Assembly: GCA_947475545.1 (NCBI GenBank)
Contig: CANJLL010000001.1
Coordinates: 755,734 to 819,733 of the forward strand
Direction: 5' to 3'
Length of the DNA: 64,000 bases
Origin: Chloroflexota bacterium
GTDB taxonomy: Bacteria; Chloroflexota; Limnocylindria; Limnocylindrales; CSP1-4
Positions 29,180 to 38,061 of this stretch are shown here, one piece after another (within the stretch, counting starts at the first letter, position 1; each line of letters starts with the position of its first letter). The notes beneath the pieces were generated by a model. The model was not told the DNA's origin. It made no database searches and saw only the letters and a program-made list of their open reading frames with translations. A program made the translations under genes and the position numbers.

Positions 29180-29719
29180 ATGCAGACCACCATCAAGCTC
29201 ACCGTCAACGGCCGGGCGCGGACCGTCGAGGTTGACTCGCGGATGATCCTCGCGGACATGCTCCGCGACCAGCTCCGCCTGACCGGCACGCACATCGGCT
29301 GCGGCACCGGCAACTGTGGCGCGTGCACGGTCATGCTCGACGGCCGGACGGTGAAGTCGTGCTGCGTCCTGGCGGCCGACGCGGACGGCGCCGACGTCCT
29401 CACCGTGGAGGGCCTGTACACCTCCCCGGACGACCTCCACCCCATCCAGCAGGCGTTCATCGCCAACCAGGGGCTCCAGTGCGGCTACTGCACCCCCGGG
29501 ATGATCCTCTCCGCCAAGCAGCTGCTGGACGCCAACCCCGATCCCACGGAGGACGAGATCCGGCACGGCATCTCGGGCAACCTGTGCCGCTGCACCGGCT
29601 ACCACTTCATCGTGGAGAGCATCCAGGATGCCGCCCGGGTCCTGCGCGGCGAGGCGTCGGCCCCGTCGGCCTCCATCACGGGCCTGCCGGCAAGCCCCGC
29701 GACCGACGTGGCCGGCTGA
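29180..29719 (+). CDS. (2Fe-2S)-binding subunit (CoxS/XdhC-like)
   Basis: [11 protein letters not shown] and CGYCTPG...CRCTGY cysteine clusters. Confidence 0.9.
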   Translation: MQTTIKLTVNGRARTVEVDSRMILADMLRDQLRLTGTHIGCGTGNCGACTVMLDGRTVKSCCVLAADADGADVLTVEGLYTSPDDLHPIQQAFIANQGLQCGYCTPGMILSAKQLLDANPDPTEDEIRHGISGNLCRCTGYHFIVESIQDAARVLRGEASAPSASITGLPASPATDVAG

Positions 29720-29778
29720 CCAACCGGGCACCAAACCCGCCTCGCCCTCCCCCACCCCGCCACGGAGCCCCCCTTCCC

Positions 29779-31203
29779 ATGGCACATGACCTCCGCAGCG
29801 CCCTCGATCTCCTCGACGCCGCCGGCGACCTGGAGACGGTCGCGCGCCCGGTGGATCGCGCCTGGGAGGTGACCGCTGTCCTGGACCGTCTCGAGCGTGA
29901 CGGGCGGTTCCCCGCGGTCCGGTACGATGCCGTCGAGGGCTTCCCCGGCTGGGCGATCGCGGGCAACCTCTTCGCCACCCGGTCCAAGATCGCCGCGTTC
30001 CTGGGCTGCGCGCCGGACCAGGTGACGGAGACTCTGGCCGCGCGCCTGGAGTCCCCGATTGACCCCATCCTCGTTTCCGGCGGTCCCGCCGCGCCGTCCC
30101 AGGAGGTGGTCCTGCTGGGCGACGACGCCACCCTGGACCGGATCCCGCTGGTCACTCACCACGAGCGGGACGCCGCGCCGTATGTCTCGCTGGGCGTGAC
30201 CATCGCCAAGGATCCCGAGACCGGCCGCCGGAACATGGGCGTCTACCGCTACATGCAGCACGGGCCTCGCTCGTTGATCCCGTCGCTCACGTCCATCGCC
30301 AACATCAGCGACCTGTTCAAGAAGGCCGAGGAGCGAGGCGTGCCCCTCGAGATCGCCATCCTCCCCGGCGTCCATCCGTTGCTCGCCCTGGCCGCCTCGT
30401 ACTCCGCCCCAACCGGCACGGACGAGCTGGCCCTGGCCGGCGGCCTCCTGGGCCGCCCCGTGGAGCTGGTCCGGGCCAGGACGCTCGACCTGGAGGTCCC
30501 GGCCGAGGCCGAGGTGGTCATCGAGGCCCGGATCATGCCCGGCGGGCGCTACCCGGAGGCGCCCTTCGCCGACATGTCGCGCTCGTACAGCCGGGTGAAG
30601 CAGGGGCCCATGACGGAGGTCTCGGCGATCACGCACCGGCGCAACCCCATCCTGCAGCTGGCCTTCTCCGGCCACCCCGACGCGACCAACATGGCCGCGG
30701 TCTGCCACGAGGTCGCCATCCTGCGGGCCACCCGCCAGGCGTCCCGTGGGATCACCGGCGTGCACGTCCCCGCCAGCGGCTACGGCTTCCACTGCTACAT
30801 CGCCATGAAGAAGCGACCCACGGTGGAGGGACGCGAACGCGGCGAGCAGATGAACGTGATGCTGGCGGCGCTGGGAGCCGTCCCGCAGATCAAGCTGATC
30901 ATCGTGGTCGACGACGACGTCGACATCTACCAGGACGAGGCCGTGCTGGGCGCCCTGGCCCGCCGGTTCCAGGTGGTGGACCCCATCACCCGCGATCAGC
31001 GGATCCTGGTCATCCCGGCCGCCAAGGGCGCGTCGTACGACCCGTCCAGCTTCCACCGCGAGTATCCCAACTCCAAGCTGCTCATCGACGCCACCATCCG
31101 GAGCGACCTGACCGACGAGCAGCGCAACAGCTTCACCGAGGCCGCCACCATCGGCGCCGACCGGATCGATCTCGCCCAATACCTGGAGGAGCGCACCCGA
31201 TGA
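29779..31203 (+). CDS. UbiD-family decarboxylase (paralog 3)
   Basis: Start [18 protein letters not shown]. Full-length UbiD fold. Its stop overlaps the next gene's start (ATGA). Confidence 0.9.
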   Translation: MAHDLRSALDLLDAAGDLETVARPVDRAWEVTAVLDRLERDGRFPAVRYDAVEGFPGWAIAGNLFATRSKIAAFLGCAPDQVTETLAARLESPIDPILVSGGPAAPSQEVVLLGDDATLDRIPLVTHHERDAAPYVSLGVTIAKDPETGRRNMGVYRYMQHGPRSLIPSLTSIANISDLFKKAEERGVPLEIAILPGVHPLLALAASYSAPTGTDELALAGGLLGRPVELVRARTLDLEVPAEAEVVIEARIMPGGRYPEAPFADMSRSYSRVKQGPMTEVSAITHRRNPILQLAFSGHPDATNMAAVCHEVAILRATRQASRGITGVHVPASGYGFHCYIAMKKRPTVEGRERGEQMNVMLAALGAVPQIKLIIVVDDDVDIYQDEAVLGALARRFQVVDPITRDQRILVIPAAKGASYDPSSFHREYPNSKLLIDATIRSDLTDEQRNSFTEAATIGADRIDLAQYLEERTR

Positions 31204-32615
31204 GCCAGGCCGATCTCGTCATCAAGGGCGGCAAGGTCGTCAGCGAGCATGGCATCCGCGAGCAGTCGATTGCCGTCAAGGACGGGAAGATCGTCGCCGT
31301 GGGCGAGCAGGAGTCGATGCCGTCCGCCGCCCGGACGATCGATGCCGGGGGCAAGCACGTCTTCCCCGGGATCATCGACCCCCACATCCACCTGCAGACG
31401 TTCTCGAACAAGTTCGACATCAACATCAAGACCGAGTCGAAGTCCGCGGCGATCGGCGGCGTGACCACCATCATCCCCACCCTCCTCAACCGCGAGGACA
31501 ACCAGCTCTCCTTCCTGGAGCACTTCCCGTGGTGCAAGGAGGCGGTCGACAAGTACGCCACCATCGACGTGGCATTCAGCGCCGTGCTGGGCAGCACCGC
31601 CCAGATCCGCGAGATCCCCGAGATGGCCAGGCTGGGGATCAGCTCGTACAAGTTCTACATGGCCTACACCCAGGACGAGGCGAGCGTCTTCGGGATCAGC
31701 GCCATGGACGACGGCCAGGTCCTGGAGGGCCTGCGGGTCATCAAGGAGGTGGGCTACCCCGCCATGATGATGGTCCACGCCGAGAACATGACGATCATCC
31801 ACAAGCTCAAGGGCGAGTACATCGCCGCGGGCCGGGACGACCTCAAGGCGTGGACCGACGCGCGGCCCGACATCGCGGAGGAGGAGGCCACCCGGCGGGC
31901 CATCTGGTACGCCAGGGAGACCGGCAGCCGCCTGTACATCGTCCACATGACGATCGGGCGCGGCGTGCAGTGGGTCCGCGAGGCGCAGGCGCAGGGCGTG
32001 GACGTCATCGCCGAGACCTGCCCGCACTACCTGGTCCTGACCAAGTACGACAACGACAAGGTGGGCCGGCTGGGCAAGGTCAACCCCCCGCTCCGCGACC
32101 TCGAGAGCCAGGAGGCGCTCTGGGAGGGGATCCGCAACGGCGCCATCTCGTGCGTGGGCTCGGACCACTCCACCATCACGCCGCTGGCCGACAAGGTCCA
32201 GAAGGACATCTGGACAGCAGTCCCGGGCTTCCCCGGCTCCGGGATGCTCCTGCCGATCATGCTCAGCGAGGGCTACCACAAGGGCCGCGTCTCGCTGGAG
32301 AAGATCGCCTGGATCCTGTCCACCAACAACGCCCGCGTCTGGGGCCTCTACCCGGAGAAGGGCACCATCCAGGTGGGCTCGGACGCGGACTTCGCCATCG
32401 TCGACATCGATCGCAAGATGACGGTCAGCCCGGAGTACATGCAGTCCTTCGCGGACTGGGGCCTGTACGATGGCTGGGAGGTGACCGGCTGGCCGACGCA
32501 CACCATCGTGCGCGGCGAGGTGGTGATGGAGAACGGGAAGATCGTGGGTCGCGAGGGCTACGGCAAGTACATCCCGCGCTACCCGCGGTCGCGTCCCGAA
32601 GGGCCGCGCGCGTAG
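31200..32615 (+). CDS. Dihydropyrimidinase/D-hydantoinase-like cyclic amidohydrolase
   Basis: [10 protein letters not shown], carbamylated-Lys region ([10 protein letters not shown]), VHAEN, GSDHS. ~471 aa. Confidence 0.85.
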   Translation: MSQADLVIKGGKVVSEHGIREQSIAVKDGKIVAVGEQESMPSAARTIDAGGKHVFPGIIDPHIHLQTFSNKFDINIKTESKSAAIGGVTTIIPTLLNREDNQLSFLEHFPWCKEAVDKYATIDVAFSAVLGSTAQIREIPEMARLGISSYKFYMAYTQDEASVFGISAMDDGQVLEGLRVIKEVGYPAMMMVHAENMTIIHKLKGEYIAAGRDDLKAWTDARPDIAEEEATRRAIWYARETGSRLYIVHMTIGRGVQWVREAQAQGVDVIAETCPHYLVLTKYDNDKVGRLGKVNPPLRDLESQEALWEGIRNGAISCVGSDHSTITPLADKVQKDIWTAVPGFPGSGMLLPIMLSEGYHKGRVSLEKIAWILSTNNARVWGLYPEKGTIQVGSDADFAIVDIDRKMTVSPEYMQSFADWGLYDGWEVTGWPTHTIVRGEVVMENGKIVGREGYGKYIPRYPRSRPEGPRA

Positions 32616-32654
32616 CAAGGGCGTGGGCCGCCCGTCGGCCCCAGTGTCAACTGG

Positions 32655-33712
32655 TCAGCCCGTCGGCGCGTCCAGCTCGCGGGCGTAGGCCGGGAAGCGG
32701 AACCGGTGATCGCGGGTGAGAATCCCGCCGTGGCCGATGCCGGACACCAAGCGCGGAGTGGGAGCCTCGCCGGTCAGCAGGCGCGGCAGCACCAGGTCGG
32801 CCGCGGTGGCCTTCGAGAACGCACCGCAGGTGGGCAGGCCCAGGATCGCCGTGCGGCCCACCCGGCCCAGCCAGAGCATTGAGCCCGGGTGCGCCGGCAC
32901 GCCCTGGCGCACCACGCGGCCGCCCAGCGCCGCCACCGCCAGGTAGAACGGGTCGGCCGGGTCCGTGCTGCCGCCGCCGGCCGTCAGGACCACCTCCGCT
33001 CGCCCGGGTCCACGGGTCAGGCGACGCAGCGCCTCGACCACCGACGCCTCGTCGTCCGCGTAGTCGATCCCCACCAGGGTTGAGCCCAGCGTCTCCACCT
33101 TGGCCCGCACGCTGGCTTCGAACCGCTCGCGCGCCAAGGCGTGGAGCGACTCCAGGACCACGGCGCCCACGCGCATTGGCTTGAAGGGCGCCACCCAGAC
33201 CAGCGGGCGCCGCGCCTCACCGGGGCCTGCCGCGATCCGCTCGCCGCGGGCGACCACGGCTTCGGCCACCACGTGGGGCGCCACCTTGGCGCTGGCCACC
33301 AGGTCGCCCGCCTTGACGATCGAACCGTCAAGAACCGTGAAGACCTCCAGCGGGTCGATCCGGTTGAGCCGCTCCAGCTGGGTCGTCCGGACGTGGACCA
33401 CGCCCGGCCAGGCGGCGCGCAGGTCCACCCGGCTCTCGTTGGGGCCATGGGTGGTGAGCCCCTCGCCGGCCACGGCGGCCGCCAGGCGCAGCGCGGCGTC
33501 GTCCTCGTGCAGGTCGCCTGGCTCCATCACCACCAGGGTCAGCAGGCCGCTCGGGAGCCCATCCGGTCCCAGGGTGACGAGCCGGTCCAGGTCCGCGGCG
33601 CTCAGGCGGCGGCCCTTGTCCCAGCGCTCGCCGTCCACGCGCACGTCGCGCGCCAGCACGGCGCCCACAGGACGCTCGAAGGGCTGGCCGGGCTGGAATC
33701 GGACGATCCGCA
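32655..33712 (-). CDS. MoeA-like molybdopterin-binding protein (MoCF-biosynthesis domain)
   Basis: C-terminal VVLTAGGGSTDPADP...GLPTCGAFSKATAADLVLPRLL resembles the MoeA/MogA cofactor-binding domain. The N-terminus is GAVLARDVRV-like. Start chosen at MRIVRF; the upstream track extension is junk. Confidence 0.5.
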
Positions 33713-33763
33713 TCTCGCCCGACAGTCTGCACGATGCCGCACCCGCCCGCAGCCGACGGCGGT

Positions 33764-34106
33764 TCAGCCGCGGCCCAGGACCACGTCGATGCCGGCCAGG
33801 ACCAACTGGAGGTTCGACGCCGACAGGCGTCCGGCTCGCTCCGTCAGCGCCGCGCGATCCAGCGTGACCAGCTGCGAGACGTTGGCCGCCGACGGCGTGG
33901 CCAGCCCGGTCGCCCGGCCCGACAGGAGCACGTTGCCCGGCGCATCGGCCCATCGGCCATTGCTCGTCAGGGCGACGCAGACCACCGTCCGAATGGTGCT
34001 GGCGTTGAAGGCATCGCCGTGGACGACGACGGGCCGACGGAACCCGTGGGCCGAAGCGGCCGGGTCGCCCAGGTCGGCCCACCAGACCTCCCCCTCCGGC
34101 GATCAC
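33764..34106 (-). pseudogene. MazF/PemK-family toxin gene with an apparent +1 frameshift near its 5' end
   Basis: The frame after the antitoxin TGA encodes SPEGEVWWADLGDPAASAHGFRRPVVVHGDAFNAS...QLVTLDRAAL... (MazF-like) but has no start codon. The GTG overlapping the antitoxin stop (GTGA) is in the +1 frame. The GGAGGGGGAGG run has five G where four would restore MIAGGEVWWADLGD.... Confidence 0.55.
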
Positions 34107-34342
34107 CAGTCCACGGCCTCCAGGGTCCGGCGGGCTGCAGCGGAGACAAAGCCGTCGGCAGCGTGCTCATCGATCGCCGCCAGGGCGGCGTCCAGGCCTG
34201 CAGTCACCTCGTCGGGCGCGTGCCGGGCGAGGTACTCGCGGAGGGCGGCGCTGTACACGTCGCTCCGCGAGCGGCGCTCCCGGCTGGCCAGGCGATCCGC
34301 CCGCGCAAAAAGGTCGTCGGGCACGGACACGGCGGTCTTCAT
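34103..34342 (-). CDS. Ribbon-helix-helix (CopG/PemI-like) antitoxin
   Basis: 79 aa, starting MKTAVSVPDDLFARADRLASRERRSRSDVYSAALREYL. It lies directly upstream of the MazF-like ORF. Confidence 0.65.
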   Translation of the reverse strand: MKTAVSVPDDLFARADRLASRERRSRSDVYSAALREYLARHAPDEVTAGLDAALAAIDEHAADGFVSAAARRTLEAVDW

Positions 34343-34413
34343 ACCGGGAGAATGACCGTGGGCCCAGGCTCCATCGCGTTCCGGGTCTCGCGGCTCCTAT
34401 GCGACCTCGTGGT

Positions 34414-37050
34414 CTAGCTCGCCTTGCGCACCTTGACCTTGACGCACGAGTCGATCGCCGCCGAGAGCGCGTCCATCCGGTCCGGCGTGTACTTGAGCAG
34501 CGAGTTCACGTGGACGCCCTTGCCCTGCGATTCCTTGCGGCCCAGCTTCTTGCGGCCCAGGATCGAGGGCACCGCCAGGCACTCGGGGTGGACCCCCTCG
34601 GTCAGGCGGGCCACCCCTTGGGCCGTCCGGCCATGCGTCGTCTCCAGGACGATGGTGTCGCCGTCGCGGATCCCCTTCTTCTCCGCGGTGGCGCGGTTGA
34701 TCCCGATGGTGAACACGCGGCTGTTGCGGTCCGCCATGTCCATCAGGACCGGGTTCTCGGCGCTGTAGGTGCCGGCCAGGAAGGTGAGCTTGTTGTTCAC
34801 CACCCAGAGGTCGTACTCGGCCGGGGCCTCCTCCGGCGTCAGGCACGGCTTCCAGTCCACCATGGGCGTGTAGTCGCCGGTGTCCCACGGGACACCCTGC
34901 ATGTCCGTGTAGGCCTTCACGTCAAGGCCGGCATCGATGTAGTGCTCCAGGTAGAGCGGCACCCGGCCGGCGTTGTGGATCTTTGGGTAGCTGTACTTGG
35001 CCGGCCGGTTCTCGCCCGAGTAGTAGCCGTGCTCGACCATGTACGCCAGGCCGTGCTCCTCGCCCAGCTGCGATCGAAGCCAGCGGTCGGAGATCTCCTC
35101 CCACGTGTACTTCTTGTCGCGCGCCAGCGCGTTGGACCCCTCCAGGACGGCCATCGCGTTGAGCGCGGTGTACATGTCGGGGAGGACACCCACGCGGTCC
35201 GCCGCGTCCAGGAGCACCTCGCCCCAGTGGCGGGCCAGCGGGACGGCCTTGACGATGGGGTGCTGGATGTTCCAGCTATAGGGCCGTCCGGGGAGCGGCG
35301 GGTCCATCAGGCCGTCCGGGTTGGACACGATGGGGACGAGGCGTTCCAGCGAATGGGTGTCCGGCAGCAGCAGGTCCGCAAACTGGGCGGTCTCGTCCGG
35401 GTAGGTGTTCATCGAGCAGATGAACGGGATGGTCCGGAGCGCCTCGGCCATGATCTCCGGGTCCGGGCCGCTGGCCATGATGTTGCCGCGGCACTGGAGC
35501 AGGACCTCGCACTTGTAGGTGAGGCCGTACTCCTCGCCGTGGAGGAGCGAGTGGCCCACCATCGCGCGGCTGTAGACGGCCGTGGGGAAGAGCTCCAGGA
35601 GCTCCAGCGTCTCGGGCGGCTTGATCTCGCGCCGCGGCAGCGCGGACTTCATGTGGCCGCCCCGGGGGTTGCCGGGGGTGATCATCCCGTCCGGGTCCAG
35701 CTTGGGGCCCCAGGTGGGTCCCGACGACGACGAGTTGAGCGTCCCGCCCGGCACGTCCACCGCGCCCAGGAGGATGTTGAGCTGGCCCATGGCCTGTCCG
35801 CTCATCATCCCGTGGCGGTGGGCGGAGATGCCGCGGTAGAAGGTGACGGCGGCCGACCGGAGCGGGTAGGTGACGCCGTCGATCTCGATGGTCCCGCCGA
35901 TCCCGGCGGCCTCCACCAGCTCCCTGGAGATCCGAGTGATGGACCCGGCCGGGATGGTGGTGATCTCCTGGACGCGGGCCGCGGTGTACGGCGCCAGGTG
36001 TTGCTTGAACGGGACGAACGCGGGGCTGACGGCAACGCCGTTGACCACGAACTCGCCCTCCAGAGCGGCCGCGTCCGGGTCCACCTGGTCGAAGCGGCCG
36101 GTGGCGCCGGTCGCCGAGATGCCCACCAGGGGCTTGCCGGACTCCGGGTCGCGGACGTACCGACCGTCCTGGCCCACCAGGTAGGTAGCGTTGGAGTACC
36201 GGCGCAGGAACGGCTTGTCGTACTGATCCAGGACCAGCACCCACTGGTGCATGATCCCCAGCGCGAGCGCGGCGTCGGTGCCGGGACGGATCGGGAGCCA
36301 CTCGTCGGCGTGGGATGCGGCCGCGGTGAGGACCGGGTCCACCACCACCAGCTTCATGCCGCGGGCGCGGGCGTCGGCCATCTCGCGGCTGAGCCCCATG
36401 GAGTTGTGGCCACCCACAAAGCCCAGCGACGCCCCGGCCATCAGCAGGTAGTTGCAGTGCTTGATGTCGGGGTGCATGTCGTTGCTGGCGGTCAGCGTGT
36501 ACGCCACGGGGTGCGAGGCGTTGCCGCAGAACATGCCGGCGGAGCCCGAGGTGACGTTGGGCGTCCCCAGCGCGTACGCGAAGGCGCGCAGGAGCGGGTA
36601 GCTGTAGATGTCGAAGGTGAGACCCAGGATCCCGCGCGGGTCCCTCTCCACGGCGGCCCGCAACTTCGTCGCGAGCAGGACCATGGCCTCGTCCCAGGAG
36701 ACCTCCTTCCAGCCTGGATCGACGCCGATCCCCTTCTGCGAGGTGGTCCGCACCATGGGCGCCTTGACCCGGTTGGGGGAGTAGACGTTCATGAGGGCCG
36801 ACAGGCCCTTGGCGCACGTTCGGCCGTAGTTGGGCGGGGCGTCCGGCACGCCCTCGATCTTCACCGCGACGCCATCGACGCGGTGGACGCGGACGGTGCA
36901 GGCGTTGAAGCACATGTCGCAGCCGGTGGTGAGCCAGACGTCTTCCTTGACGCCCCGGCCCGGACCCGTGGCGGCACCCGAGGCCGCACCGGCGCCCGGA
37001 CCCACCCCCGGGACCCCGCCCGCATTGATCACCGGAAGCTGGACTGCCAC
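34414..37050 (-). CDS. Molybdopterin oxidoreductase of the DMSO-reductase (bis-MGD) family with N-terminal [4Fe-4S] motif
   Basis: CDMCFNACTVRV...C cysteine cluster, followed by an ~830-aa Mo-bisPGD catalytic body. Start placed at the GTG 6 nt after GGAGG (reverse of 37057-37061). The track ORF extends to 37179. Confidence 0.8.
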   Translation of the reverse strand: MAVQLPVINAGGVPGVGPGAGAASGAATGPGRGVKEDVWLTTGCDMCFNACTVRVHRVDGVAVKIEGVPDAPPNYGRTCAKGLSALMNVYSPNRVKAPMVRTTSQKGIGVDPGWKEVSWDEAMVLLATKLRAAVERDPRGILGLTFDIYSYPLLRAFAYALGTPNVTSGSAGMFCGNASHPVAYTLTASNDMHPDIKHCNYLLMAGASLGFVGGHNSMGLSREMADARARGMKLVVVDPVLTAAASHADEWLPIRPGTDAALALGIMHQWVLVLDQYDKPFLRRYSNATYLVGQDGRYVRDPESGKPLVGISATGATGRFDQVDPDAAALEGEFVVNGVAVSPAFVPFKQHLAPYTAARVQEITTIPAGSITRISRELVEAAGIGGTIEIDGVTYPLRSAAVTFYRGISAHRHGMMSGQAMGQLNILLGAVDVPGGTLNSSSSGPTWGPKLDPDGMITPGNPRGGHMKSALPRREIKPPETLELLELFPTAVYSRAMVGHSLLHGEEYGLTYKCEVLLQCRGNIMASGPDPEIMAEALRTIPFICSMNTYPDETAQFADLLLPDTHSLERLVPIVSNPDGLMDPPLPGRPYSWNIQHPIVKAVPLARHWGEVLLDAADRVGVLPDMYTALNAMAVLEGSNALARDKKYTWEEISDRWLRSQLGEEHGLAYMVEHGYYSGENRPAKYSYPKIHNAGRVPLYLEHYIDAGLDVKAYTDMQGVPWDTGDYTPMVDWKPCLTPEEAPAEYDLWVVNNKLTFLAGTYSAENPVLMDMADRNSRVFTIGINRATAEKKGIRDGDTIVLETTHGRTAQGVARLTEGVHPECLAVPSILGRKKLGRKESQGKGVHVNSLLKYTPDRMDALSAAIDSCVKVKVRKAS

Positions 37051-37200
37051 GGGGCGCCTCCATTGCTTGCGTCGATGTTGATCGGCCCGCGCGGGCGGGT
37101 GATTGCGGGGATGCTGGCACCGCGAAGCGTCGGTGGCAATTGGGACCGTGCGTCCGGCGCCTCTCCGCGCCGGACGCACGCGATGCCGTTGGGGTCGCGC

Positions 37201-38061
37201 TCAGCCGACGCGCTCGATCGCGGCCTCGAGCGCTCGGCGGACCTGGACCCGGATAAGCGCCGTCCGGTACTCGCGGTCGGCGTGGATGTCGGAGGCGACC
37301 AGGACGCCGTCCGTGGCGTGGGCGGCGGCGGCGGCCGGATCGCCGGAGCTGAGGAACTCCTGCTCCGCAGCCGAGGCCCGGTAGGGGCACTCACCGACCC
37401 CGGTGATCCCGATGGCCGCCCGGTCGAACCGGCCGCCTCCACCGGTCGAGCGGCCGATGACAACGGCGGCCCCGGCGAGCGCGTACCCCGAAGCCGGCTG
37501 CTCCTGGGCGCGGTAGGCAGACCTGTAGTCACCCGATGCGGCCGGCAGGCGGATCTCCGTAATGAGCTCGTCGGGGAGGAGCACGGAGTTGAACGCACCT
37601 TCAAAGAAGCTGGTAAGGGCGATGGTTCGACCGCCTCGAGCCGACCGGACCACCACCTCGGCGTCGAGCACCAGGAGGCAGGCTGGGAGATCGGCGGCGG
37701 GGTCCACGTGGGCGACCGCTCCTCCGATCGTCCCCCGGTTGCGCACCTGGACATCGCCGATGGTGGGCAGGACGTCCGCCAGCAGGCCGTAGACGGTGAT
37801 GGCCGGGTTTGCCAGGAGCTCGGAGTAGGTTGTCAGGGCGCCGATCGAGAGCCCGCCGTCGCCGAGGCGGTTCACGCCGCGCAGCTCGTTCAGGCGCCCG
37901 ATGTCGATGAGCCGGTCGGGCCGGGCCAGCCTGGTCTTCATGATGGGCAGCAGGCTGTGGCCCCCGGCCAGCACCTTGGTGCCCGGGTCCGCCTCGGCGA
38001 GGAGGGCCAGGGCCTGGTCCACGCTGTCCGCCCGGCGATAGTCGAACGCGAGCGACGTCAT
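37201..38061 (-). CDS. FAD-binding subunit of molybdenum hydroxylase (CoxM-like)
   Basis: LAGGHSLLP and RNRGTIGGAVAHVDPA. ATGA overlap with the upstream L gene. Confidence 0.85.
   Translation of the reverse strand: MTSLAFDYRRADSVDQALALLAEADPGTKVLAGGHSLLPIMKTRLARPDRLIDIGRLNELRGVNRLGDGGLSIGALTTYSELLANPAITVYGLLADVLPTIGDVQVRNRGTIGGAVAHVDPAADLPACLLVLDAEVVVRSARGGRTIALTSFFEGAFNSVLLPDELITEIRLPAASGDYRSAYRAQEQPASGYALAGAAVVIGRSTGGGGRFDRAAIGITGVGECPYRASAAEQEFLSSGDPAAAAAHATDGVLVASDIHADREYRTALIRVQVRRALEAAIERVG

Noticed and set aside
37051-37179. Possible twin-arginine (Tat) leader (..RRKQWRRPVAVQLPVINAG..) at the N-terminus of the bis-MGD molybdoenzyme if it starts at 37179.
   Set aside because: A GTG with a well-spaced GGAGG lies downstream of the RR motif (start at 37050). 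The n-region would be unusually long, and RRPVAV fits the Tat consensus poorly. It is kept only as an alternative start.
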